Positions 1 through 7,549 of a stretch of 45,914 nucleotides of DNA are shown piece after piece. Numbering within the stretch: the stretch's first letter is position 1; every line of letters starts with the position of its first letter. Location: the IMG/VR virus record IMGVR_UViG_3300045988_041103, one strand, 5' to 3'. Under the pieces are notes generated by a model. It was not told where the DNA came from and ran no database searches. It was given only the letters and a program-made list of their open reading frames with translations. The DNA is from a virus. A program made the translations under genes and the position numbers.

Positions 1-99
1 AATAATATAGCATCTGTTCCATCTGTTCCATTCAAAGATTTTCAAGAGATTTCAGGCATTTTCAGCAGAACAGATCAGAACACATAAGCAAAAAAAAAT
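1..99. repeat. Terminal direct repeat copy 1 (identical to 45816..45914)
   Basis: Read directly: bases 1-99 equal 45816-45914 base for base. Base 100 (g) has no partner because the window ends. Confidence 0.95.
12..86. repeat. 9-bp motif array: ATCTGTTCC x2 (12-20, 21-29), then inverted GAACAGATC (68-76) and GAACACATA (78-86)
   Basis: Read directly. The same motif family occurs at 45748-45765 and at 29322-29562. Confidence 0.9.
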
Positions 100-133
100 G
101 ACCGCCCCCGGTCTTGCACACCGGAAGCGGTCA
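90..133 (-). terminator. Rho-independent terminator-like hairpin reading on the minus strand
   Basis: Stem TGACCGC (99-105) pairs with GCGGTCA (127-133), with an inner CCGG/CCGG pair. On the minus strand the hairpin is followed by T9 (plus-strand A9 at 90-98). Confidence 0.55.
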
Positions 134-240
134 GGCGAAACAAACCCTTTTGAAGTTAATGTTTCAACCACCATTGAACATTATATCACATGGGGTTTAG
201 CTTTGCCATACCCTTTTTTCCAAGAAAGACAGGTGATATA

Positions 241-1260
241 ATGCGAAATCCCAACGGCTATGGAACGGTTGCGAAGCTATCAGGAAAGTGCCGCCGCCCA
301 TACATAGTGAAGAAAACCGTTGGATGGAATGAAAAGCGCCAACCGATCTATGATATAATCGGCTATGCGGAAACCCGTGAAGCGGGAAACATCATGCTTG
401 CGGAATACAACCGTGATCCATGGGATGTTGACCGGGCGAAAATCACCCTCCAACAGCTTTTTGATCTATGGAAAGAAAAGAAGGCCCCCAAGCTGGGGGA
501 ATCCAACCGTTCTTCACTTTGTTCAGCGTTCAACCATTGTTCAAAGTTGGTGAACAAACCTTATAAGCAAATCCGTTCATACCAAATGCAAGAAACCATT
601 GATAACTGTGGGAAAGGGTACAGCACCCAAGCGGCAATCAAAAACCTTTGGGGGCATCTTGACAGGTTCGCCCTTGAATTGGATATAATAACCCGCTGTT
701 ACTCTGATCTTCTGACTTCTGATCCAATCCCGCCCACAAGCCGCCTTCCTTTCAGTACGGATGAAATCAAACAGCTTTGGGAACACCAGTCTGATCCTTG
801 GGTTGATACTGTCCTGATCCTGATTTATTCCGGGTGGCGGATCAGTGAATTGTTGAACCTGAAACCTGAAGATATTGATCTTCATGCCGGGACGATGAAA
901 GGCGGCACCAAAACAAAGGCTGGTAAAGATCGGGTGGTTCCCATTCATTCCAAAATCAGGCCATTCATTGAAGCCCGTCTTGCTGAAGGTGGCCCACGGC
1001 TGATCTGCTATAATGGAAGGCCCTGTAATCAAACCCAATACCGGATATTTTGGGCGGACATTATGAAGGCTCTGGAAATGACCCACCCCCCGCACGAATG
1101 CCGCCACACCTTTGAAACGCAGTTGGACAGCGCCGGGGCCAACCGGAAATGTATTGATCTTCTTATGGGCCATGTGTCCAAGGACACTGGAAACCGGGTC
1201 TATAATCACAAAACCCTTGATGAATTGAAAGCAACTGTGGCACTAATCAAAATATTTTGA
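241..1260 (+). CDS. int: Tyrosine integrase (phage integrase family) with an arm-type DNA-binding N-terminus
   Basis: ORF 190..1260. ATG 241 has AGGTGA 4 nt upstream, while ATG 190 has no SD. C-terminal catalytic box HECRHTFET...LMGHVSKDTGNRVYNH (H-x-x-R...H...Y). The N-terminal NGYGTV..RRPYIVKK region resembles arm-binding domains. Confidence 0.9.
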   Translation: MRNPNGYGTVAKLSGKCRRPYIVKKTVGWNEKRQPIYDIIGYAETREAGNIMLAEYNRDPWDVDRAKITLQQLFDLWKEKKAPKLGESNRSSLCSAFNHCSKLVNKPYKQIRSYQMQETIDNCGKGYSTQAAIKNLWGHLDRFALELDIITRCYSDLLTSDPIPPTSRLPFSTDEIKQLWEHQSDPWVDTVLILIYSGWRISELLNLKPEDIDLHAGTMKGGTKTKAGKDRVVPIHSKIRPFIEARLAEGGPRLICYNGRPCNQTQYRIFWADIMKALEMTHPPHECRHTFETQLDSAGANRKCIDLLMGHVSKDTGNRVYNHKTLDELKATVALIKIF

Positions 1261-1269
1261 AAAAACCTC

Positions 1270-1328
1270 TTGACTTATGCACTCAATGGGTGTATTCTAA
1301 TCATAGAAAGACACCCATTGAGTGCATA
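1270..1328 (+). promoter_or_regulatory. Candidate promoter overlapped by a perfect 18-bp inverted repeat (putative operator)
   Basis: TTGACT (1270-1275), 17-nt spacer, TATTCT (1293-1298). Inverted-repeat arms TATGCACTCAATGGGTGT (1276-1293) and ACACCCATTGAGTGCATA (1311-1328), 17-nt loop. SD AAGGAAGG follows at 1331-1338. Confidence 0.55.
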
Positions 1329-1343
1329 GAAAGGAAGGTTATC

Positions 1344-2066
1344 ATGAAAGTTCAGGATTTGCTGATTAAAGTTCAGAAGGCTGAAGAAGCCGTTTCCAAG
1401 CGGGAAGCAACCCTTATCAAGCAGACGGCACGGGAACTGAAGCGCCGGGAAGCGTTGGTTGCCAAGGGGGTTGACCTCACCGGAAAACACCCCGCCTTGG
1501 CCCACCGGGACAACAATGATCTGTATTGGGAAATCTGTGATTGGGAAGATTCCAAAGAAGCCGTTGAAAACTCCAAGAAGGTTCTGGAAGAAAAAATCCG
1601 TATCTTGAACACTTGGAAGGATCGTCTGACCGAAGCCAAGAAGAAAGAAAACCTCTGGATCAAGGAAATCCCCGAAACCATGAAGGCCATGCAAACCGAA
1701 CTGGTAGCCCGTTGGGATGAATATGATCTTGAAAGAAAAGAAAGGCTGACCACCGCTTACAAAGAACTTGGCTGGGATAAGTTCATCAAGGAATATAGCT
1801 ATTCCGCATATCAGATGATTCATACCACGGCAAGCGAAATCCACAAGGAAAACATGAAATCCGCTGAATCTCTGATTATGAACCTGTATAGCAGAATCCA
1901 CGCTATCACCGGTGAAGTCACTGATTGGGACGGAATTCATTACAGCGGCGGGGCTTTGAATGGTGTTGTGTATGGCAAGCTGGGGAGTGTTCGGGTTGAA
2001 TCCATTCTTGCCGGTGGCTACAATATCCAACGCCTTCATGTTAGGGTTCTGGTTCACGAAATCTAA
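1344..2066 (+). CDS. Hypothetical protein (cargo gene 1); K/E-rich helical N-terminal half, no recognisable motif
   Basis: ORF 1257..2066. ATG 1344 is preceded by AAGGAAGG. It has the same orientation as the integrase and repressor genes. Confidence 0.6.
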   Translation: MKVQDLLIKVQKAEEAVSKREATLIKQTARELKRREALVAKGVDLTGKHPALAHRDNNDLYWEICDWEDSKEAVENSKKVLEEKIRILNTWKDRLTEAKKKENLWIKEIPETMKAMQTELVARWDEYDLERKERLTTAYKELGWDKFIKEYSYSAYQMIHTTASEIHKENMKSAESLIMNLYSRIHAITGEVTDWDGIHYSGGALNGVVYGKLGSVRVESILAGGYNIQRLHVRVLVHEI

Positions 2067-2131
2067 ACATCAGATCAGGTGGGGTGGGGGAAGCCCCCCC
2101 CCACCGAAAGACTTTGAAAGGGGTTTGAAAT

Positions 2132-2473
2132 ATGAACATCAAAGAAGCCCGTGAATTTGCCGGGTTGACACAAAAGGAAGTTGAAAAGGAATTCGGGGTT
2201 CCGGCCCGGTCAATTCAAAATTGGGAAGCCGGGATCAGACAGCCCCCGGAATATGTGGAAGCCTATCTGGTGGAAAAGCTGTCCCAACTGAAGAAGGTTG
2301 CCCGTGTTCGGGTGATCCCGGAATCCTTGGAAGTCAGGGTGGAAACCCTCGAAGATGGTGAATGGGAACTTTCTACCAGCGCCCCCATTGTAGATAATCG
2401 CATTCCGGTTTCCATTTTGGTTGCCGTTGGGCGGTTTTCGGAAGCCGGTTACAAGCTGGTTTTCATGGGTTGA
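2132..2473 (+). CDS. XRE-type helix-turn-helix protein with a ~50-aa C-terminal extension (cargo gene 2)
   Basis: The N-terminus MNIKEAREFAGLTQKEVEKEFGVPARSIQNWEAG is a classic HTH_XRE signature. SD AAAGGGG lies 9 nt upstream. Confidence 0.75.
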   Translation: MNIKEAREFAGLTQKEVEKEFGVPARSIQNWEAGIRQPPEYVEAYLVEKLSQLKKVARVRVIPESLEVRVETLEDGEWELSTSAPIVDNRIPVSILVAVGRFSEAGYKLVFMG

Positions 2474-2532
2474 ACTACAATGAATTTTTCATTCACTGAA
2501 CGCTGAACTATAAACGCATTAGTAACAAGAAA

Positions 2533-2566
2533 AGCGGGAACCCCTGAAAAATCAAGGGTTCCCGCT
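2533..2566. terminator. Bidirectional rho-independent terminator between the cargo operon and the lysis cassette
   Basis: Stem GCGGGAACCC (2534-2543) pairs with GGGTTCCCGC (2556-2565). T-rich tracts follow on both strands (ctgttttt on plus, ttttcttgtt on minus). Confidence 0.8.
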
Positions 2567-2694
2567 TCATCTGTTTTTATTGAGCCATGAATTTTTGAGT
2601 TTTTGTAGGCCCCAATGGGCTGAATTTACTGAATTTTCAGATCACAGGAACCCGGTGAAACCCAAAGGGATAGTAACAACATAGTAACACGCTA

Positions 2695-3507
2695 TCACAC
2701 CCGTTTTGCGTAGTCAAGGGAAATCCAACCGGCACCGCTTTTCAGCTTGCCCCATTTGGTGGCCCCGGTTCCGGTGCTTTCCTCCACGATAGTGTAAACA
2801 CCCGGCTTGATGAAGCCATTCTTCCCGTAGTTGGTGCCGGGGCCTTTTCTGATATACAGATCAGAGATTGTCACCCGCACCAAATAAGGCGTTGCTGTGG
2901 CCCCTGTGCCGCCGTCTGTGGGCTTTTCTGTGGCCGGGGGTGTAACTACTACCCCACCACCAGAAGAAGCGCCCTGAAGCCGCCTGTTGACTTCTGCGGC
3001 GATCTCTCCATGTCGGTTGTAAAGATAATCACCGGGACAAGCCTTGTTTGCGTAGTCCCGATGAACGGTCATGTTACACCCGTTCAGGTGATTCACACGA
3101 TCATTCTTGTTCGTACTCCAAACCAGCTTCTTGATCCCGTTGCGGCGGCAAATATCTTCCACCAAATTGAGAAGGGCGGCAAAGGCGGCATCCGTTACGG
3201 CGTAGGGGTGTGTGGTGTCAGAAGCAACTTCAATGGTGATTGCCCGGTTGTCATTGGCGCTGTTGCTGGAACACCAAGAACGATCCTTTTCATCCACGGA
3301 AAGGCCAATGGAACCATCCTTACCAACAACATAGTTGGCGGAACATTCCCGGTCTGTGGTGGCGAAATAATCACACCCCTGTTTTGCTGTCCACTGTCCA
3401 ACAATACAGTGGATGGTGATAGTGTCAATGGTATGATTCCGGGGGCTGGTTTTGTTTTTCGTGATCCGGGTATAGGTTGCAAGGGTGGAATTACTCATTT
3501 TCCCCAT
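2695..3507 (-). CDS. Endolysin: N-acetylmuramoyl-L-alanine amidase (Amidase_2/PGRP type) with a C-terminal SH3-like wall-binding domain
   Basis: ITIHCIVGQ..., NYVVGKDG..., AITIEVASD, HRDYANKACPG motifs. C-terminal YLVRVTISDLYIRKGPGTNY...WGKLKSGAGWISLDY is SH3_3-like. Confidence 0.9.
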   Translation of the reverse strand: MGKMSNSTLATYTRITKNKTSPRNHTIDTITIHCIVGQWTAKQGCDYFATTDRECSANYVVGKDGSIGLSVDEKDRSWCSSNSANDNRAITIEVASDTTHPYAVTDAAFAALLNLVEDICRRNGIKKLVWSTNKNDRVNHLNGCNMTVHRDYANKACPGDYLYNRHGEIAAEVNRRLQGASSGGGVVVTPPATEKPTDGGTGATATPYLVRVTISDLYIRKGPGTNYGKNGFIKPGVYTIVEESTGTGATKWGKLKSGAGWISLDYAKRV

Positions 3508-3859
3508 CTCCCTTCACCTGTTCAGGCTCAATGGCCGGTACACCGTCATAGTTTACGATCTTGGACATATCACACAGGGTATCAATCAGTTTGCCAAGGG
3601 CTACGCTGTCCACCGGGTAATTGATGTATTCGGCGGAAGTCTGCACCATAGCCATCACCCATTCTTTACGGGTTGCACCATCGGTGAATTTCTTTTCAGC
3701 CTGTTCCATCAGGTCAATGACCAAACCCAACAGGGCATTCCAATTCTTTTCCTGTGCGGCCTTCTGGACATACTGCACCAGTTTATAGGCCAGAGGAATA
3801 CAGGTGGCAAGGCCGCTCAAAAGGGCCACGATCAGGGAAATAATCTGTTCGGTGTTCAT
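3491..3859 (-). CDS. Holin, LL-H-like (single N-terminal TM followed by a helical soluble part)
   Basis: N-terminal TM IISLIVALLSGLATCIPLAY. The gene sits immediately upstream of, and overlaps, the endolysin. The family resemblance is recalled, not searched. Confidence 0.65.
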   Translation of the reverse strand: MNTEQIISLIVALLSGLATCIPLAYKLVQYVQKAAQEKNWNALLGLVIDLMEQAEKKFTDGATRKEWVMAMVQTSAEYINYPVDSVALGKLIDTLCDMSKIVNYDGVPAIEPEQVKGDGENE

Positions 3860-3886
3860 GTTTCATTTTCCTTTCTGTGTTGTAAT

Positions 3887-4153
3887 TTAGGGTTCTTTTG
3901 CGTCATTGTAGATTTCAGGGCCGTACAGCTTCCGCAACTTGATCCGGTTTTCGGCCTTGGCCTTGGAATAGTAAAATCCGGTTCCGGTGGCAAGTTCGGC
4001 AAAAACGGCGGGGATCAAATAAGCCAAAGGGGAAAGGTCATTGGTTCGCCAAATCATGATTAAAGTGAAAGCGGTTACCACAACGGTAACCGCCCCAATG
4101 AACATCAATATGGTTTTTGAAAATTCCCTCTTGGCTTTTTGCACCCGTTTCAT
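3887..4153 (-). CDS. Two-TM small membrane protein, putative second holin or antiholin
   Basis: 88 aa. Basic N-terminus, TM1 ILMFIGAVTVVVTAFTLIMIW, TM2 LAYLIPAVFAELATGTGFYY, charged C-terminus. Located in the lysis cassette. Confidence 0.45.
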   Translation of the reverse strand: MKRVQKAKREFSKTILMFIGAVTVVVTAFTLIMIWRTNDLSPLAYLIPAVFAELATGTGFYYSKAKAENRIKLRKLYGPEIYNDAKEP

Positions 4154-4461
4154 TTGTTGGGGGCTTCTGTGGGAAGATCAAGGAATTTTTCATGTAGATC
4201 ATCCATCACACCATTGGCCCCCAAAGAATGATACTGTTTCCAGCAGTTTTCAAAATTATCCCGTGCATAGACAGGGGCAAAGCCTTTTTCAGAATACTTG
4301 TTATAGTCTGAAATCATTTGGCTTCTGAGAAGGGCCTGAAGGCCCAATTTCACCGCTTCCGTGTCCTTCCTGTTCTGCTTGATCTGGTTCAGCATATACT
4401 TCACGATCATCAGAATCAGGGCCGGGACGCTGAACAAGCACAACCATTGATAAACCGTCAT
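4150..4461 (-). CDS. Hypothetical protein with an N-terminal TM anchor
   Basis: 103 aa. TM WLCLFSVPALILMIVKYML. ATGA-type overlap with the downstream gene. Confidence 0.5.
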   Translation of the reverse strand: MTVYQWLCLFSVPALILMIVKYMLNQIKQNRKDTEAVKLGLQALLRSQMISDYNKYSEKGFAPVYARDNFENCWKQYHSLGANGVMDDLHEKFLDLPTEAPNK

Positions 4462-4482
4462 TTCTATTCTTCCTCCCTTGTC

Positions 4483-4881
4483 TTATGCTCCGATCAAACC
4501 GGCGATATGGCGCAAATCCTCCACAGGCCCATTGTAGAAGTCAAAGTTCCAAATCCAATGATCTTCATGCTCCGGGCGCTTGTACTTTTGGCATCGGGCA
4601 TCTTCCCAAACCTTGTTCCACCGGGCCTGATACCCGGAATCCCGCTTTTGCAGTCTGGAAAGAATGCGCCCAACCAGATCACCCCGTTCCCGGCCCATCC
4701 CATCATCATTCTGACTGAAGAAATCATAGGCGTTTTGGCTGGTGATCCCGCAAAGCGGTTTGTTCTGGTGCATCAAAAAACCGTCCTGACAGATCAGGGC
4801 GGTTCCATAGGGAATATTCACTTGGCCTGAAATGCCGTCAAACCTTGCCCGTTTTCGGCACAGATAATTTTTATACTGCAT
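4483..4881 (-). CDS. Hypothetical protein
   Basis: 132-aa ORF packed between the tail-fibre accessory gene and the lysis genes. No motif recognised. Confidence 0.5.
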   Translation of the reverse strand: MQYKNYLCRKRARFDGISGQVNIPYGTALICQDGFLMHQNKPLCGITSQNAYDFFSQNDDGMGRERGDLVGRILSRLQKRDSGYQARWNKVWEDARCQKYKRPEHEDHWIWNFDFYNGPVEDLRHIAGLIGA

Positions 4882-5488
4882 CGGTTACTTCCTCCCAACC
4901 ATACACACCCGGTTCCCAAACATTGTTATCCACGATGGAAACCCAATGCTTTTCATTGTGGGCAACTTTCGCCCCGCTGGAATAGGCATCATGCGCCCCC
5001 ACCGGCTGTGCCCAAGCGGGCCATTCTTCGGCGGGATTGGCGGTCAGGCTCCACAGGCTGGAAGCGGTGTCCGGTGTCCAGTCAGCTTGGGAAGTGTGAT
5101 CCTGAACGCACTTGTAAAGCACCCCACTAAAACGGCGGATTTGGCCGGTTTTGTAGGCGATAGGATAGGCCCATTCAGCAAACAGTTCAGCGTGTTCCGC
5201 CGCTGTTTCAGGATCAATGTTCCCGGCTTCTGCCATAGTTACGAACACGATTCCACCAGCTTCAGTAGCCTTGATGATCTCCATACCACCATCAGCTTCT
5301 TCCAAACTGACGGTTTCAACCCCGTCCAAACCTGTTCTTCCAAGCAAGTGATAAACGGTGCCGCCAAAAACAATGCCCGAAGCATCAGGCTCCGGGCAAA
5401 GGACATAGCAACCATTTTCGGCTTGTTTGATATAGTTCAGATTTTCAGTTAGGCCAATAGAGGCCCCGTTTTTGATGATTCTAAACAT
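4871..5488 (-). CDS. Tail-fibre-associated protein with two CBM5/12-like carbohydrate-binding motifs
   Basis: YKCVQDHTSQADWTPDTASSLW and HWVSIVDNNVWEPGVYGW resemble aromatic CBM5/12 repeats. The position matches xkdW/xkdX after the fibre. Confidence 0.5.
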   Translation of the reverse strand: MFRIIKNGASIGLTENLNYIKQAENGCYVLCPEPDASGIVFGGTVYHLLGRTGLDGVETVSLEEADGGMEIIKATEAGGIVFVTMAEAGNIDPETAAEHAELFAEWAYPIAYKTGQIRRFSGVLYKCVQDHTSQADWTPDTASSLWSLTANPAEEWPAWAQPVGAHDAYSSGAKVAHNEKHWVSIVDNNVWEPGVYGWEEVTDAV

Positions 5489-6648
5489 TCCGCACCTCCG
5501 AAAAAGATAGCATGATACAGCCGCCGCAAACGCAATGACCGCCCATGATCATTGAAGTTCCGGTAATATGCGCTTTGGCATTCCATGTACTGTTCAATAT
5601 CAAAGAAGGTTCTTTTTCCCTCTTTGAATTCTTTGTGAAATAGCTTCAGCTTTCGCCTTGCCCGTTTCACTCCATCCCGGCTTCCATTCACTTTCACCTT
5701 TCCGGTTTCGGTCAATGTAAATCGGGCCTTACAAAACCGAAACGGCTTTGTAAGTGGGATCACTTTGCATTTCCGCTTGTTCACCCGAATTCCAGCGGCT
5801 TCAAACCGTCTTACAATTTCATGCCCCATGAACTTTGCTTCATCAACACTGGGGAAGGTCATAAGGTAATCATCCATGTAATGGGCTTCATAGTCCACAC
5901 GGGCCTGACATTTGATCCAGTGATCAATTTTGCTGGGCATGGCAACCATTTCTTGTTGTGATGGTTCCACACCCAAAGGCATTCCCCGGCCCGGTGTTGG
6001 ACATGGTGAATATTGAATGACGGTATCAGCAATTCTTTGAAGATCAGGGTTCAAGATCAATTCCCGGTGCCGCTGGTAAAGAATTTCATGGGGTGCATTG
6101 GGAAAGAACCCTTTCAAATCAATCAGTAAAACGGCCCCTTCCCGACCATAGCGCCGATAATGCCAATGAAGCTGTTCCTTCAGCCGTTTATAGTGCCAGT
6201 GAAGGCCCTTATTCTTCTGTGAAGCCCCGTTTTCATAGATCATACAGGGGTTATACAACGGCACAAGAACTTCATTGCAAAGGGTCTTGTGAATTTGCCG
6301 ATCTGTGATATGCGGCGCATCAATAGGCCGTACCTTTCCACGCTCCCGAAGGGTGAAATGGGTACAGCTTTTTGGTTTCCATGTTCCATCCAATACTTCC
6401 CGCCGCCGTTTGGCTGTTCCTGAAAATAGGTGGGCTTCAAAGTTTTGAACACTTTGCTTCCACCGCACCCCATTACAGCACTTACGGCCATAGAAAAACA
6501 TTTTCCGGTAACTGAAAACCTGATTCACCGATCCAAGGCTATCAGATCGGGCTTGTTTCTTTGCTTGCCGCTTTGCTTTGCGACGCTGGTAGCGGGCTTC
6601 CCGCCGTTCCTGACTGTTCATAATTAAAAAAGTATTCGCCTTTCGCAC
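5449..6648 (-). CDS. DGR-type reverse transcriptase
   Basis: RERGKVRPIDAP (motif 1/2), YENGASQKNKG (the SQ motif typical of DGR RTs), LLIDLKGFF, and YMDD at 5869-5880. The start is either GTG 6648 or ATG 6621; neither has a clear SD. Confidence 0.9.
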   Translation of the reverse strand: MRKANTFLIMNSQERREARYQRRKAKRQAKKQARSDSLGSVNQVFSYRKMFFYGRKCCNGVRWKQSVQNFEAHLFSGTAKRRREVLDGTWKPKSCTHFTLRERGKVRPIDAPHITDRQIHKTLCNEVLVPLYNPCMIYENGASQKNKGLHWHYKRLKEQLHWHYRRYGREGAVLLIDLKGFFPNAPHEILYQRHRELILNPDLQRIADTVIQYSPCPTPGRGMPLGVEPSQQEMVAMPSKIDHWIKCQARVDYEAHYMDDYLMTFPSVDEAKFMGHEIVRRFEAAGIRVNKRKCKVIPLTKPFRFCKARFTLTETGKVKVNGSRDGVKRARRKLKLFHKEFKEGKRTFFDIEQYMECQSAYYRNFNDHGRSLRLRRLYHAIFFGGAECLESSKTGPLLA

Positions 6649-6920
6649 AGATAAATTGTAGGGTGCCTTCTAATCTGCTTTACCCATACACATGAAATGG
6701 GCTATGGCACATTCGCCCACCATGCAAGAAGCGTCCGTGCATGGGTGTCAAAAGAAAGGGTATCGGCTATAAAATAGATTATACCCCATCCCGCTTTCCC
6801 AAGCGGGGCAGTTTTAGGGATTAGCTACCCAAGGAAGTATCTCTCCTTTTACATCGGTCATCCTTCACCTGAAGCCCAAAGCCGGGTTTCTGTTACTACA
6901 TTCGACCGTGTATATTTGCA
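6649..6920 (-). ncRNA. DGR spacer: ORF-free, structured region between TR and RT (part of the TR RNA)
   Basis: There is no ORF on the minus strand. Stem-loops occur at e.g. 6790-6807 (CCCGCTT/AAGCGGG), 6718-6747 and 6662-6710. The position equals that of the BPP-1 Sp region. Confidence 0.55.
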
Positions 6921-7039
6921 AAATCCGGGCCGCAACCCACCAGAATTATTAGCATTGTTATTGTTGTAGTTGCCATCAGTCCAGACAATAACGAAATTGT
7001 TGTTGTTATTGTAATTAGGGGAGCGGAGCCACCACCAAA
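6921..7039 (-). repeat. DGR template repeat (TR), 119 bp
   Basis: Aligns without gaps to 7967-8085. Contains 32 coding-strand adenines and is rich in AAC/AAT codons. The ORF-track entry 6858..7055 (NNNNN-rich) is this element. Confidence 0.92.
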
Positions 7040-7081
7040 CCGCCGAAGGAAGCATTCATAGAGATACACCTAATTTTGAAG

Positions 7082-7546
7082 TTAAGATTTCATTTTTGCA
7101 CTTACATTTTTGATTGCCCCTTTCAAAAGTTCGTTTTCCTTGTCGATCAGTTCGCCTAAATTTTGGGCCATCTTATCCAGCTTTTCAATAGCGTCATTGG
7201 ATTTCACCGCAACCCCTTTGGAAGTGGTAAAAGCCCCTTCAGGGTTTTGGTTCAAAATCAGGTAAACATGGGTAAGGCGCACATCCAGCGCCATCAGGGA
7301 AGCCCTTGCTTCCAGCAAGTGGGCCTTCCGCAATTCAATCCGTTGAACATCAGAAGGAAAAATGCTGTTGGCCTTTTCCGCATGATCAATGATTTCACCC
7401 GCCAGCTTTGCAACGGGTTCCGCTATCAGGCGGGAATACCTTGCAGAAAGGCGGGTAAGAAAATTGATGGTTTCAACATAGATTTGGTTGGCCGTATTGA
7501 TGAATTCAGCCTTACTTGTGGTTCTCTTTTGCTTTAAGACAGACAT
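7082..7546 (-). CDS. Avd-like accessory variability determinant (helical bundle protein)
   Basis: 154 aa, predicted all-helical and basic. Lies between VR and TR exactly where avd sits in BPP-1-type DGRs. Sequence similarity to four-helix-bundle proteins is only recalled. Confidence 0.6.
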   Translation of the reverse strand: MSVLKQKRTTSKAEFINTANQIYVETINFLTRLSARYSRLIAEPVAKLAGEIIDHAEKANSIFPSDVQRIELRKAHLLEARASLMALDVRLTHVYLILNQNPEGAFTTSKGVAVKSNDAIEKLDKMAQNLGELIDKENELLKGAIKNVSAKMKS

Positions 7547-7549
7547 TGC

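Noticed and set aside
1-99. Terminal repeat as attL/attR or a biological DTR
   Set aside because: No host sequence flanks either copy, and the repeat stops arbitrarily after the A9 tract. An assembly overlap is the simpler reading, and the alternative cannot be excluded without reads.
190-240. Integrase starting at ATG 190
   Set aside because: There is no SD upstream of 190. ATG 241 has AGGTGA at proper spacing, and the recognisable arm-binding domain starts right after it.
5449-6648. RT as a retron, group II intron or Abi-type RT
   Set aside because: A cognate TR/VR pair with adenine-only differences, an avd-like gene and the SQ motif all fit a DGR. No intron RNA domains or msr/msd-like repeats were seen.
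6858-7055. 65-aa Asn-rich ORF (…NYNNNNNFVIVWTDGNYNNNNANN…)
   Set aside because: It is the DGR template repeat read in the frame of the fibre. The AAC/AAT richness is the adenine reservoir, not a protein. It has no SD or sensible start context.
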